From: an uncultured Opitutales bacterium
GTDB lineage: Bacteria > Verrucomicrobiota > Verrucomicrobiia > Opitutales > Intestinicryptomonadaceae
Direction: 5' to 3'
Assembly (NCBI GenBank): GCA_944389915.1
Contig: CALXOC010000005.1
Coordinates: 1 to 52,494, forward strand
Length of the DNA: 52,494 bases
The notes beneath the pieces are model-generated. The model made no database searches. It had not been told where the DNA came from and worked only from the letters and a program-made list of their open reading frames with translations. Made by a program: the position numbers and the translations under genes. Of this stretch, positions 27,357 to 36,227 are shown piece by piece (within the stretch, counting starts at the first letter, position 1; every line of letters begins with the position of its first letter).

Positions 27357-29140
27357 TTTCCGCTCCTTCTCCCTTCTATTCCAATCTTGGCGTAGGTCTT
27401 AGACGTCGACAATATTGCCGCAAAAAATGCGAACACCGCAAAAATTATGGCCATGCTCATCCAAGCGACCATGTTAACCTGCCTGCCGTTCAAACCGAAG
27501 AGATCGCATATATATGGAGACAATGCCCCGTCTCCGAGCAGCCCGAAAACGTCCTTTGCCAGCCACAGTACAAACACCGCTATCAGGATTGACGGTGTGG
27601 CGTATTTAATCACATAACAATAGAATCCCGGAATTTTCACAACGGAGCCTTCGTTTGCCATTCCCACACCGCGCTCCGCGCCAAAATACCAGGCAAAAGA
27701 AACAGTCTGCACCATGGCAAATACGTACACCGCCACTTGCCCCATCCAGAAATCGAAAGTGTCCATGGCTTTCAAATCTTTTGAGAAGTAAACCACGAAT
27801 CCCGATATGAAAAATGTTATAAAAAGCAGCAACAAAGTGGAGAAGTTGCGCCTCAATTTCATTGATTCCTCAATGAAAGCCATGCTCGGCTGAAGCATTG
27901 AAAGCGAACTTGTAACGGCGGCAAGAAACAAAAGGAAAAAGAAAAGGAAGCCGAAAACTTCGCCCAAGGGCATGGACGCAAAAAACAGCGGCAATACTTT
28001 AAAGCCCAAATCAAACAGGCTTATTCCCGCGCCTATTACGCCCGAAACGCCGAGAAAAGCCACCGCAGCAGGAACGGTTATCATGCCCCCGAGACAGACC
28101 TCGCAAAATTCGTTTGCGCTGCATGAAGTCAGCGCGCTTAAAACAATGTCGTCGCGCCTCTTCAGATAGCTGGCGTAAGTCATTATGGCTCCGAAGCCCA
28201 CTGTCAGGCTAAAAAACACCTGCCCTGCGGCGGCTATCCAAATCGACGGATTGGAAAGCTGCTCCAACACGGAAAATTCCTTGAGCCTTAATTCGGGATA
28301 TCCGCCCGAAAGGGCATTTTCCCCAACCCTTTTCCTCGCGCGCTCAATTTGCGATTCCCCAACTATGCGCTCTTTGAAAACCCACGGCGAATCCGCATCG
28401 GCGCGCTGCTGCAGCTCCACCTTTACGGGATTCCACATAAACCCCATTCCCAAATTTATCGAACGGTCGGGATTCCCTTCCGAAAGCACCCCCATTGCCA
28501 TAATTCGCACAACTATGACCATGGCCAATACTATGAGTGTGGGCATTGCGTATTTGCAGAAAAATTCTATGCCGCGCGACACCCCCCTGTATATCATCCA
28601 AAAATTCAACAGAAAAGACACCGCAAAGAAAATGAGCACTTTGTCCATGCCAAGCGACATCGCAGCGCCGTTTTCGCCTGCGCCTATGAAATCGGAAAAA
28701 AACGCGCCGGACTCCGCGACATTGCTAAAATTTAAAGCTCCGGTGATAAAATTGTAGGCATATCCCAAACACCAAGCCTCTATGTAAATGTAATAGCAAT
28801 AAACTATTATTGTCAGCAATACGCCCGATATTCCCACATACGCCATCTTCTTGCTGCCGCAGAAAACTCCGAGTATGCCTGGAGGGGAGTGAAATCCCTT
28901 AGAGCCTCCGTGCCTGCCCATAGTCCATTCGAGTATGGCTATCGGAACTCCAACGGCAAAAAACGACAATACATACGCTATCATGAAAGCCGCCCCGCCA
29001 TACAGTGCCACCTGCCCCGGAAACTTCAGAAAGTTTCCAAGCCCGACGGCGCTTCCGGCAACCGCAAGAATAACCCCTATTTTAGAATTCCAGGCCTCGG
29101 CTTTCACTTCTTTAAAATTTTTCCAATTTCCCGTCGACAA
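27353..29140 (-). CDS. Sodium-dependent transporter, neurotransmitter:sodium symporter (NSS/SNF) family
   Basis: W.SKIG.ILAVAGSAVGLGNFLKFP, GGAAFMIAY, W.AAAGQVFFSL.VGFG, YASY, LAAVTSSLS. Confidence 0.95.
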   Translation of the reverse strand: MSTGNWKNFKEVKAEAWNSKIGVILAVAGSAVGLGNFLKFPGQVALYGGAAFMIAYVLSFFAVGVPIAILEWTMGRHGGSKGFHSPPGILGVFCGSKKMAYVGISGVLLTIIVYCYYIYIEAWCLGYAYNFITGALNFSNVAESGAFFSDFIGAGENGAAMSLGMDKVLIFFAVSFLLNFWMIYRGVSRGIEFFCKYAMPTLIVLAMVIVVRIMAMGVLSEGNPDRSINLGMGFMWNPVKVELQQRADADSPWVFKERIVGESQIERARKRVGENALSGGYPELRLKEFSVLEQLSNPSIWIAAAGQVFFSLTVGFGAIMTYASYLKRRDDIVLSALTSCSANEFCEVCLGGMITVPAAVAFLGVSGVIGAGISLFDLGFKVLPLFFASMPLGEVFGFLFFFLLFLAAVTSSLSMLQPSMAFIEESMKLRRNFSTLLLLFITFFISGFVVYFSKDLKAMDTFDFWMGQVAVYVFAMVQTVSFAWYFGAERGVGMANEGSVVKIPGFYCYVIKYATPSILIAVFVLWLAKDVFGLLGDGALSPYICDLFGLNGRQVNMVAWMSMAIIFAVFAFFAAILSTSKTYAKIGIEGRRSGK

Positions 29141-29810
29141 GCGACACTATTCTGTCGGCTATGTCCAATATGCGGTTGTCGTGCGTTACCAGAACTACGG
29201 TAACGCCCAAATCCTTTGCCATTCGCCTTATTATTTCCACTATTTCCCTGCCGCTTCGCTGGTCGAGAGACGCCGTAGGCTCGTCGGCAAGCACGATTTT
29301 TGGCGCGCGTATAAGCGCTCTGGCAATGGCCACGCGCTGGCGTTGGCCGCCTGACAAGTGCGAAGGATACTTTTCTGCCTGATCGCAAATGCCGACTGTC
29401 TTTAAAGCCTCCAGCGCCCTTTCCTTTGAGCTGCGGGCGGTTGCGCTTTTATCGAAGGCCAGGGGCAACTGCACGTTTTGGACGACTTTTATGGAGTTTA
29501 ACAAGTGGTGGCTTTGAAATATGAAGCCCATATTGCGCCGTATTTTCATAAGGCGCTTGGGAGAGGCTCCGTCGAGTCTTTCTCCTCCCACGCGTATAAT
29601 CCCCTTTTGCAGTGTCAGCTGCGCACCTATTAGTTTTAGCAGGGTTGATTTTCCCGACCCGGAAGGCCCCATTATTATTACAATCTCGCCCTCGTTTAAA
29701 TCCAAATCTATGCCGTGGAGAACCTCCTTATATCCGTCCCCCTCGGCATAAGAATGGTATAGGCCGCGCACAAAAATGAAGGCGTCAGAGTCTGTAATGT
29801 CTTCCTGCAT
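29112..29810 (-). CDS. ABC transporter ATP-binding protein (DevA/LolD-like)
   Basis: Walker A GPSGSGKS, signature LSGGQRQR, Walker B LADEPTASLD, H-loop LVTHD. Start set at ATG 29810. Confidence 0.93.
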   Translation of the reverse strand: MQEDITDSDAFIFVRGLYHSYAEGDGYKEVLHGIDLDLNEGEIVIIMGPSGSGKSTLLKLIGAQLTLQKGIIRVGGERLDGASPKRLMKIRRNMGFIFQSHHLLNSIKVVQNVQLPLAFDKSATARSSKERALEALKTVGICDQAEKYPSHLSGGQRQRVAIARALIRAPKIVLADEPTASLDQRSGREIVEIIRRMAKDLGVTVVLVTHDNRILDIADRIVSLVDGKLEKF

Positions 29811-30067
29811 TTTTATTATTCCCGCAAATAGAACACCTAAGAGCAAGTTTTGCGAGTTTTTTTTGCCGAACGCGGCGCGGCGGCCAAAGCTATTCCGCCT
29901 ACAGCCTGCGACCGCCTATTCCGCGAAAACCGGCAATTCCAACGCCGCTATCAACGCGCGGCGCCCTTTCTAAGAATTGCCGGGGAAAATCGCCACCGCC
30001 ACGAGCGCGCGGAGCCGGAGTTTTCCTAAAACGCGCCCGCCGCCGCGCGCTTTGCTTCCGAAGGAAA

Positions 30068-31930
30068 TCAATTAAAGGGATCGGCCAAGTCTTCGGGAAG
30101 GGATTTCCTCAGCTCGTCGGCGCTCGGATACCTGGCTGGGAAGAATTCCATTAACATTTTCCGGAATTCCTCCTGAATTTTTACCTCGTCTTTTAGAAAA
30201 GGCGGAAAATATACGGAGCGAAATTCCGAAAAATCCTTTGAGAGAACGGCCCGCACCGAAGTCATCCAGGCGGAATAAGCCCTTGCAAAATCATTTCCGC
30301 TGCGTTTCAGGGCCAGGTCTATTGAAGCCTTGCGCGATTGCGTCAATTTCGCCAAATCCGGAAATATTTTAGCGGTTTCGCCGTCGCAATAGGCGGCAAA
30401 TTTATTATCAGATATCAATCTGGCCAGCAGGTTGTTTTTTTCCGTAAAATCCTCAAGCTGCTTTAGAGATTTCGCCGCCTTTTCAGCATCGAATTTCACC
30501 ATTGAAAATAAAGTCTTATCCAATGCCGCAAATCCCATCGGCACGACTTCCGGAATGGACACGAGCTTGGAGTATGCGCCGGCTACCGCCGAGTAATCGG
30601 CCAGTTTATTTTTTGACGACGTTGCCAGGCGCGTCAAATCGGAGAGCGGCATGAGCTTGGAATTGTGGAATACAGTGCCGCGGTCCTCGAATTTCATGCC
30701 TATGGCAAAGTTGTTTTCGGGATTTAAAACCAGCGACGCCTCGGAATACAGCGGTATGTTGTCGCTGGCATAAAATTCGAGAAACAGTTTCCCGGAACTC
30801 TTGGGGGTAACGTCCTTTGTGACTGCGCGCCCGAAAGAGTTCTCGCCAAGCAGCCTAAAAGAGTCGCTTCCAACGCGGACCGCGGAAACCGTGAGCGCCT
30901 TGCCCTCCGGCTCCGACGACGCATCAACCGGCAATAGCTTTGCCACCGGGAGCTTGCTTGAAATTTCAACAACCTTGGCCTTTATATTCTCACCGCCTCT
31001 CGAAAGATTTATATCCGAAAAGTTTCCCTTTATGGCGTTGGAAGAAACTATGAAATACTTGTCTTTGCCGTCGAAAACATAGAGGGCCCCGCGCCTCACG
31101 CCGCCGATTTCCGCAAAGTACAATGACTTTTCCAGAATTTCCTTTAGCTTCGGATCGAAAGCCCCGCCAAATTTCGCATTAGCGCTCGGATACCTGTTCC
31201 ACAAAGCCGGCGGAAGTTTAGAGAATCCATTTCTAATTATATTGTCCAAATAGGCGTCTTGAGTCTGTGAGTCCGAGCTCTGTGACAATATGAATTCGCG
31301 CACGCCGTCGAGCTCCGGGGACAAATTTCTGTTTCTAAATCTCACACGCGCTCCGGCCGAGCGTTCAAAGGCCGAGCATGCCTCCGCCGGAGACTTCGGG
31401 AAGTCTTTCAGAAAAGTATTGTACAATGCCTTAAAATCGCCCTCCGGCAAAGTTTCTTGGAAACTTTTTACCCTGTAAAAATAATCCAGGAGAGTCGCCG
31501 CATAATCCGAGGCTTTGACAAGATCCTTTGGATGCATGGCTTTCGCGGCATCTATGAGCATTGCGCCCTCTTTACCGGTAAGAATGCCGTTGGATTTAAC
31601 TGCATTGATGGATTTCAAGGCGTTCATTTGCGCGCTCACGTAGTCGAGCCTTTCGGCAGGGCTGTCGGGATAGAGCTCTTTAGCCTGGGCGCATATTTGC
31701 TTTACTTGGGCGTCTCCGCTTTCCGCCGCAAGTTCGCCCATAGCTTTGTCGGCCGCCGTTTCAGCCTTTATCCACCGCTTTTGCGCGGCTCTATCGCTTG
31801 GGTACAAGGCCCGAGCGCGCTCGTACAGAACTTTTTCCTCCTGGCTTTGCGGAACTATATAAGACAAAGCGTCAAAATAGTAGGCGGCGCCGGCGGCAAT
31901 AACTATGAGTGCGAATATTAATGCTTTCAT
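30068..31930 (-). CDS. Hypothetical membrane-anchored protein, paralogue 3 (helical repeats plus degenerate trypsin-like domain)
   Basis: 620 aa with an N-terminal TM segment and YPSD/YPDS/HPKD/FPKS repeats. Colinear similarity to the two upstream ORFs. Confidence 0.75.
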   Translation of the reverse strand: MKALIFALIVIAAGAAYYFDALSYIVPQSQEEKVLYERARALYPSDRAAQKRWIKAETAADKAMGELAAESGDAQVKQICAQAKELYPDSPAERLDYVSAQMNALKSINAVKSNGILTGKEGAMLIDAAKAMHPKDLVKASDYAATLLDYFYRVKSFQETLPEGDFKALYNTFLKDFPKSPAEACSAFERSAGARVRFRNRNLSPELDGVREFILSQSSDSQTQDAYLDNIIRNGFSKLPPALWNRYPSANAKFGGAFDPKLKEILEKSLYFAEIGGVRRGALYVFDGKDKYFIVSSNAIKGNFSDINLSRGGENIKAKVVEISSKLPVAKLLPVDASSEPEGKALTVSAVRVGSDSFRLLGENSFGRAVTKDVTPKSSGKLFLEFYASDNIPLYSEASLVLNPENNFAIGMKFEDRGTVFHNSKLMPLSDLTRLATSSKNKLADYSAVAGAYSKLVSIPEVVPMGFAALDKTLFSMVKFDAEKAAKSLKQLEDFTEKNNLLARLISDNKFAAYCDGETAKIFPDLAKLTQSRKASIDLALKRSGNDFARAYSAWMTSVRAVLSKDFSEFRSVYFPPFLKDEVKIQEEFRKMLMEFFPARYPSADELRKSLPEDLADPFN

Positions 31931-33894
31931 TTGTCTTTGGTTTTTTTTCGGTAAAATCCTTCAACAAAGTTGAAGCCTCCGCCGCCTCCGCCGCCGGACT
32001 GCTCAAGCTTTCTCTCGGCCGGGACGTAGGCTTCACCCCTTATGTTGGCAAAAAGATCCCTGTGTATGTACTCTTTTAAATCCGAGTTTTTCATGGCATC
32101 GTTCAGGCATAGAAGTATGTCGTTCCACAGTGCGTTCTGCTTAGCTGCCATATCCCTGTAAGGACGGTAAAAATCGCCGTATTGCAATATGCCCGAAGAA
32201 TCCCATGCCAAGCGCCCCGCCAAAATCAGCTCTCTAATGTAGCTTGCATACTGCGAATAAAAAACACTCTTGTGCAATCGGGAACCGCTAAGAAAAGTCT
32301 TTTCGTATTTGCGCGCCGCCTTGGAAAAAATATCGGAATTGAAAACGCTCTGAAAGGAATTGTCGAACATGAACTTTTGGGCGTTCCAGATGATTGACGA
32401 GGCCTTGCCCAAAGCTTCTGACTGCAGCGCGTACTTGTCGGCTGAAAAAGCCCGCCATTTGCCCTTCTCTATCGACGACGGCACAAGCGCGCGAATCTCT
32501 ACAAGTTTATCTACGCGCACAACTCCTATGTTTTTCTTAAATGCATCTATGCTCTTCGGCATTGCGTTTGCAGGGAAAACGTTAGTCAGCGGAGCCTCCA
32601 AGCCTCCGTTGGAAAGATAGCGCTCATAACAGTCTCTGGCGGCGTTCCCGTAAACCTCAAGCAAGGCAATAGGCTGCGCGGTTTTTGCGTCCAAGACGAG
32701 CCCGCCGTTTAAAGCCATGTATTTTATTGAATTCAACGCGGTTTCGTTAAAGCTTAATTTGTCTCCCGAGATGGACGCGCTAAGCACATTTACCACCCCG
32801 CGAGAATCAAAGTACGCAACCGCGCACTTTTGAGATTCCCCGTCCGAAGCTGATTTAAATTCCAGCGTTTCGCCTTCGCCCTCATCAGCCATTACTATGC
32901 AAAAAGACGAATCCTCCGATACAAAGACCTTGTCCATCGAAAATACTTTTCCGTCGACCTCAAAAGTTTTCTCCTTCAAATCCTCAAGGGCCTCAAAAGG
33001 GAATATATATACGCGCTTGCCGTTCATTCGCACAAAGAAGCCGGCGTACTTGGTCTTTCCGCACATTGAAACCGACATAGAAAACGCCTTTTTATAGCGC
33101 TCGATGGAAAAAGTATCCTTCTTTTGATTGATAGACTCCGCCTCCGAAGCCCCTTTCTTAAAGACGGACTCGAGCCTTGAATTCCGCTCCCTCTCCTGGG
33201 CTATAAAGTCGTCGGGGAATGACTCCTCTATGCCTTTTCTCAAATCCCCCAGCTGAATAGGAATGCTTTTTGAAAGATAATTGTGCCTTGCCAAGAACTG
33301 CGAATACAGAAACTTTTCAGTTCCCCGCGGATCGCGCGCAAGATTCGACATTACGCGCGCGGAAATTTTTTTAAAATCCTCGGGGCTCATTTGCCTCTTT
33401 ATGGATTCTATTCTGCCGATGCAGGAAATTACATCGTCCATGCGCATGCATTGAGACTCGTAGTCTCCGCCGAACTCGGCCGACAGCGCAGTTGCAAGCG
33501 CGGCCGAGTCTTCGGGAGCCATGCCGCTTCCCCCGAGCTTTGAGGCGAAGTCTCGCGCGAACACCTCCTGCTTTTGAATATAGGATAAGCGCTTGTCGTA
33601 ATCCCGCGGAAATTTTTTTGCGGCATCTTGGAGTATTGCCGACTTCGCGTTTCCATCCAATGCCGCGCACGACGAATCTATGAGCCGCAAAGCCGCAATC
33701 TGGCCTTTTCGCCAACGCTCCCGCCCGGACTTGTCGGTTGGGAATAACTCTTTTGAAATCGCGTCTATGTCTGCTATTCTCGCGTCCTTTTCCGCCGCTT
33801 TAAAAGAGCTTTCCGCACCAGAATAAAATTTTTCATAGCAGTACCACCCCCCTATGGCGGCGGCCAGCAAAACAAGCGTTGCAAACAGTTTCAT
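31927..33894 (-). CDS. Hypothetical membrane-anchored protein, paralogue 2
   Basis: 655 aa with an N-terminal TM segment and FPTD/FPRDY/FGGDY/FPDDF repeats. Contains GFFVRMNGKRVYI and GGLVLDAKTAQPIAL. ATGA overlap with the next gene. Confidence 0.75.
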   Translation of the reverse strand: MKLFATLVLLAAAIGGWYCYEKFYSGAESSFKAAEKDARIADIDAISKELFPTDKSGRERWRKGQIAALRLIDSSCAALDGNAKSAILQDAAKKFPRDYDKRLSYIQKQEVFARDFASKLGGSGMAPEDSAALATALSAEFGGDYESQCMRMDDVISCIGRIESIKRQMSPEDFKKISARVMSNLARDPRGTEKFLYSQFLARHNYLSKSIPIQLGDLRKGIEESFPDDFIAQERERNSRLESVFKKGASEAESINQKKDTFSIERYKKAFSMSVSMCGKTKYAGFFVRMNGKRVYIFPFEALEDLKEKTFEVDGKVFSMDKVFVSEDSSFCIVMADEGEGETLEFKSASDGESQKCAVAYFDSRGVVNVLSASISGDKLSFNETALNSIKYMALNGGLVLDAKTAQPIALLEVYGNAARDCYERYLSNGGLEAPLTNVFPANAMPKSIDAFKKNIGVVRVDKLVEIRALVPSSIEKGKWRAFSADKYALQSEALGKASSIIWNAQKFMFDNSFQSVFNSDIFSKAARKYEKTFLSGSRLHKSVFYSQYASYIRELILAGRLAWDSSGILQYGDFYRPYRDMAAKQNALWNDILLCLNDAMKNSDLKEYIHRDLFANIRGEAYVPAERKLEQSGGGGGGGFNFVEGFYRKKTKDK

Positions 33895-33895
33895 A

Positions 33896-35881
33896 TCACT
33901 TAGGCTTTATTATATATTGAGACTTTGAACTCGGCCCCATTTGAACTGGAGCGTTGTCTATATCGTTGTATCTTGTGCGCAAATCCAATGGCATGCTCGC
34001 CATAATGTCGTCGTCCCTTATAATCTCCGTAACATAGTCGTACATCGCTTTTCTCAAAGCCCTTTGATACTCCATCTCGTTTCTGTATATCGAATAAAAT
34101 CGCCCGATGTTTTCGTATTCGTCCAACTTTCGCCTTAGGGCAAATTGAATTTCTATCATATAATTTCTGCAGTAGCGCTCAAAGTTCGCCCTGTCCAAGC
34201 GGTCGTTCAACAGCGGCTTGCGATAGCGCTCCACTATGGAGCTCAATCGCCTGGACCTTATTGCGTCTCCGAAGGAATTTCTGCGAAAGAACATCAGGAA
34301 ATCGTTGTTATCATCGGTAAATCTCCGTAGCTCGTTCTTTTGAGACCTCAATTCTTCGGGCGTCATCGACTCCCAATTTTCAAAAGCCGTAAGGCGTATG
34401 AATCTTATCGAACTGCGCGGAGAATACTCCGTCTTCCGAGTCATGCCGTCAAACTCCCTGACAAATGAGGCAAAATCCGGTATCGACATCTTTTCATGCC
34501 CTATTATAGATCCGGTTTTTCCGCCCCAAGTTATCTGCCCGGGTTCGTATATCCTCATTGCCATGGATACAAGTTTCCCGCTGTCGGGATCTATAACCAC
34601 GGAATTCTCCCCCGTGGATACAATATCGCTTATGTCCATAGACATCTTCTCGGCGTATCTATCCAAAGACTTCATGTATATTTTTCGCTTTACAGTGGGA
34701 TCCTTCGGCGCCGCGAGATTTAAATAGCGCTCGTCCTCGGAATAAACGGAAACTCCCTCCCCCATAAAGCCCCCGTGCTTGGGAGCTATCATATACAAAT
34801 TCTTGCCCACCAAATCAAAGCTCTCCTGGGGCGAAACCACGTCTATGGGCGAAAAACCTTCCGGCACCGAGTCAGGAATGGCGAGTATCAACGGAAATTC
34901 TTTTGACGCGAATATTTTTGAGCAGACTATCCTCCCGCGGCTGTTTGTAAAAGTCATGGGCAAATCCGACAAGAAATCTTTAGTGCACAATATTGCGACT
35001 TTCCCCTTAAGCCTCACAAGCACCGCGCAGTAAATCGTATCCTCCACGCTCCTCTTGGTAAACACCGAATCGCGAAATATAAGCTCGGCCTTGCGGCGCA
35101 TCGGATTGTCGGGATTTGAATACTCGACCTTCGGCTTGTCGGAAATATCCGAAGACCGGGAAACAAGCTCCTCGTACTGTTTTACAAAATCCGACGGGTA
35201 GCGCTCCGACAATTCGCGCTTAATAGAGTCCAACTTGTCCGATGGCAATTTCGGATTTTTGTATGAGCGCAACTTGCGCCTGCATTCGCTCTGCGCCGCC
35301 AAGGCTGAATATACGCGGTTTGTATCGTTTCCAACCCGAGAGCACACATTTTTAAACATCTCTAAAAAAGTATCTGCAGGCATTTGGGAGCGCAAGCCCG
35401 CCGACCTGTTAAAGATGTCGTTCCAAGACTTCATTTGCGCGAACTGCGCAACATAATCCCCCGATCTTCCCTCTTGAGACATCGACAACACAAAATTGTA
35501 ATATTCCGGCCCCATGTAGGTCTCCATTTCAACTATGCGCTTATATGCCTGTATTTGCGCTTCGAGAAACTTTAGACGCGATACATAGTCGTCGGGATAC
35601 TCGTCCTCCGAAGCCTTTTTTATTTGCGCATAATTTTCAAGAGGTATGTCTGGCACTATGGATTCGGCGCGCGAATAGGCGTCAAGTTGCCGCTTTACCC
35701 ACTCTTTGCCCGCAATTTCATTTCCGCCGAAGAATTTTTCTGCCGTGTTTTCGAGTTTAAAGACAACATCGTCCGGAGCTTTGGAGGGAGTTTCTTCTCT
35801 TTTTGCGTCGCATGCGGAAAGTATAATTGCCACAACAAATATTTGCAGAACGCGCAAAGCCATAACCAAATTTTCTTTCAT
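33896..35881 (-). CDS. Hypothetical lipoprotein, paralogue 1
   Basis: 661 aa with lipobox LSAC and YPDDY/SGDY/YPSDF repeats. Contains AVLVRLKGKVAIL and SVVIDPDSGKLVSM. Confidence 0.75.
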   Translation of the reverse strand: MKENLVMALRVLQIFVVAIILSACDAKREETPSKAPDDVVFKLENTAEKFFGGNEIAGKEWVKRQLDAYSRAESIVPDIPLENYAQIKKASEDEYPDDYVSRLKFLEAQIQAYKRIVEMETYMGPEYYNFVLSMSQEGRSGDYVAQFAQMKSWNDIFNRSAGLRSQMPADTFLEMFKNVCSRVGNDTNRVYSALAAQSECRRKLRSYKNPKLPSDKLDSIKRELSERYPSDFVKQYEELVSRSSDISDKPKVEYSNPDNPMRRKAELIFRDSVFTKRSVEDTIYCAVLVRLKGKVAILCTKDFLSDLPMTFTNSRGRIVCSKIFASKEFPLILAIPDSVPEGFSPIDVVSPQESFDLVGKNLYMIAPKHGGFMGEGVSVYSEDERYLNLAAPKDPTVKRKIYMKSLDRYAEKMSMDISDIVSTGENSVVIDPDSGKLVSMAMRIYEPGQITWGGKTGSIIGHEKMSIPDFASFVREFDGMTRKTEYSPRSSIRFIRLTAFENWESMTPEELRSQKNELRRFTDDNNDFLMFFRRNSFGDAIRSRRLSSIVERYRKPLLNDRLDRANFERYCRNYMIEIQFALRRKLDEYENIGRFYSIYRNEMEYQRALRKAMYDYVTEIIRDDDIMASMPLDLRTRYNDIDNAPVQMGPSSKSQYIIKPK

Positions 35882-36227
35882 ATTCTTCTCGTCCTATGCT
35901 GTTAAATTATTTTGATGTTTTTTATATAAAGTCAAACGAATATAATGCAAAAAATAAAATATTAATTTCATTTAAACCCTTTTAACATAAGCATTGAGCG
36001 GATATTTATTGCAGCACGCACAATATTTACAATTAAGGCAAAATAGATTGCCAAATATTTGTTTTTTGCCCGCATAATTTTATGTCCGCCCTCCTTCGAA
36101 AAGACAATATAATATAGCGCACGCAGACTAAAAAAAATGATATCGCCCTGTAATGCGGAGCCATGGTCATGCAATGCCAAGCGGCCTTGCTATGTTCGCA
36201 AAAATGCGCTACCCAAAAATTCCGGGA

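Noticed and set aside
30068-35881. Calling the three paralogues active serine proteases or a defence/toxin system
   Set aside because: No catalytic His or GxSG motif and no nuclease, NTPase or immunity-gene pattern is visible. All three are envelope-targeted.
35968-36180. 70-aa ORF upstream of the paralogue trio
   Set aside because: It lies in an AT-rich promoter-like spacer, with no recognisable motif or RBS.
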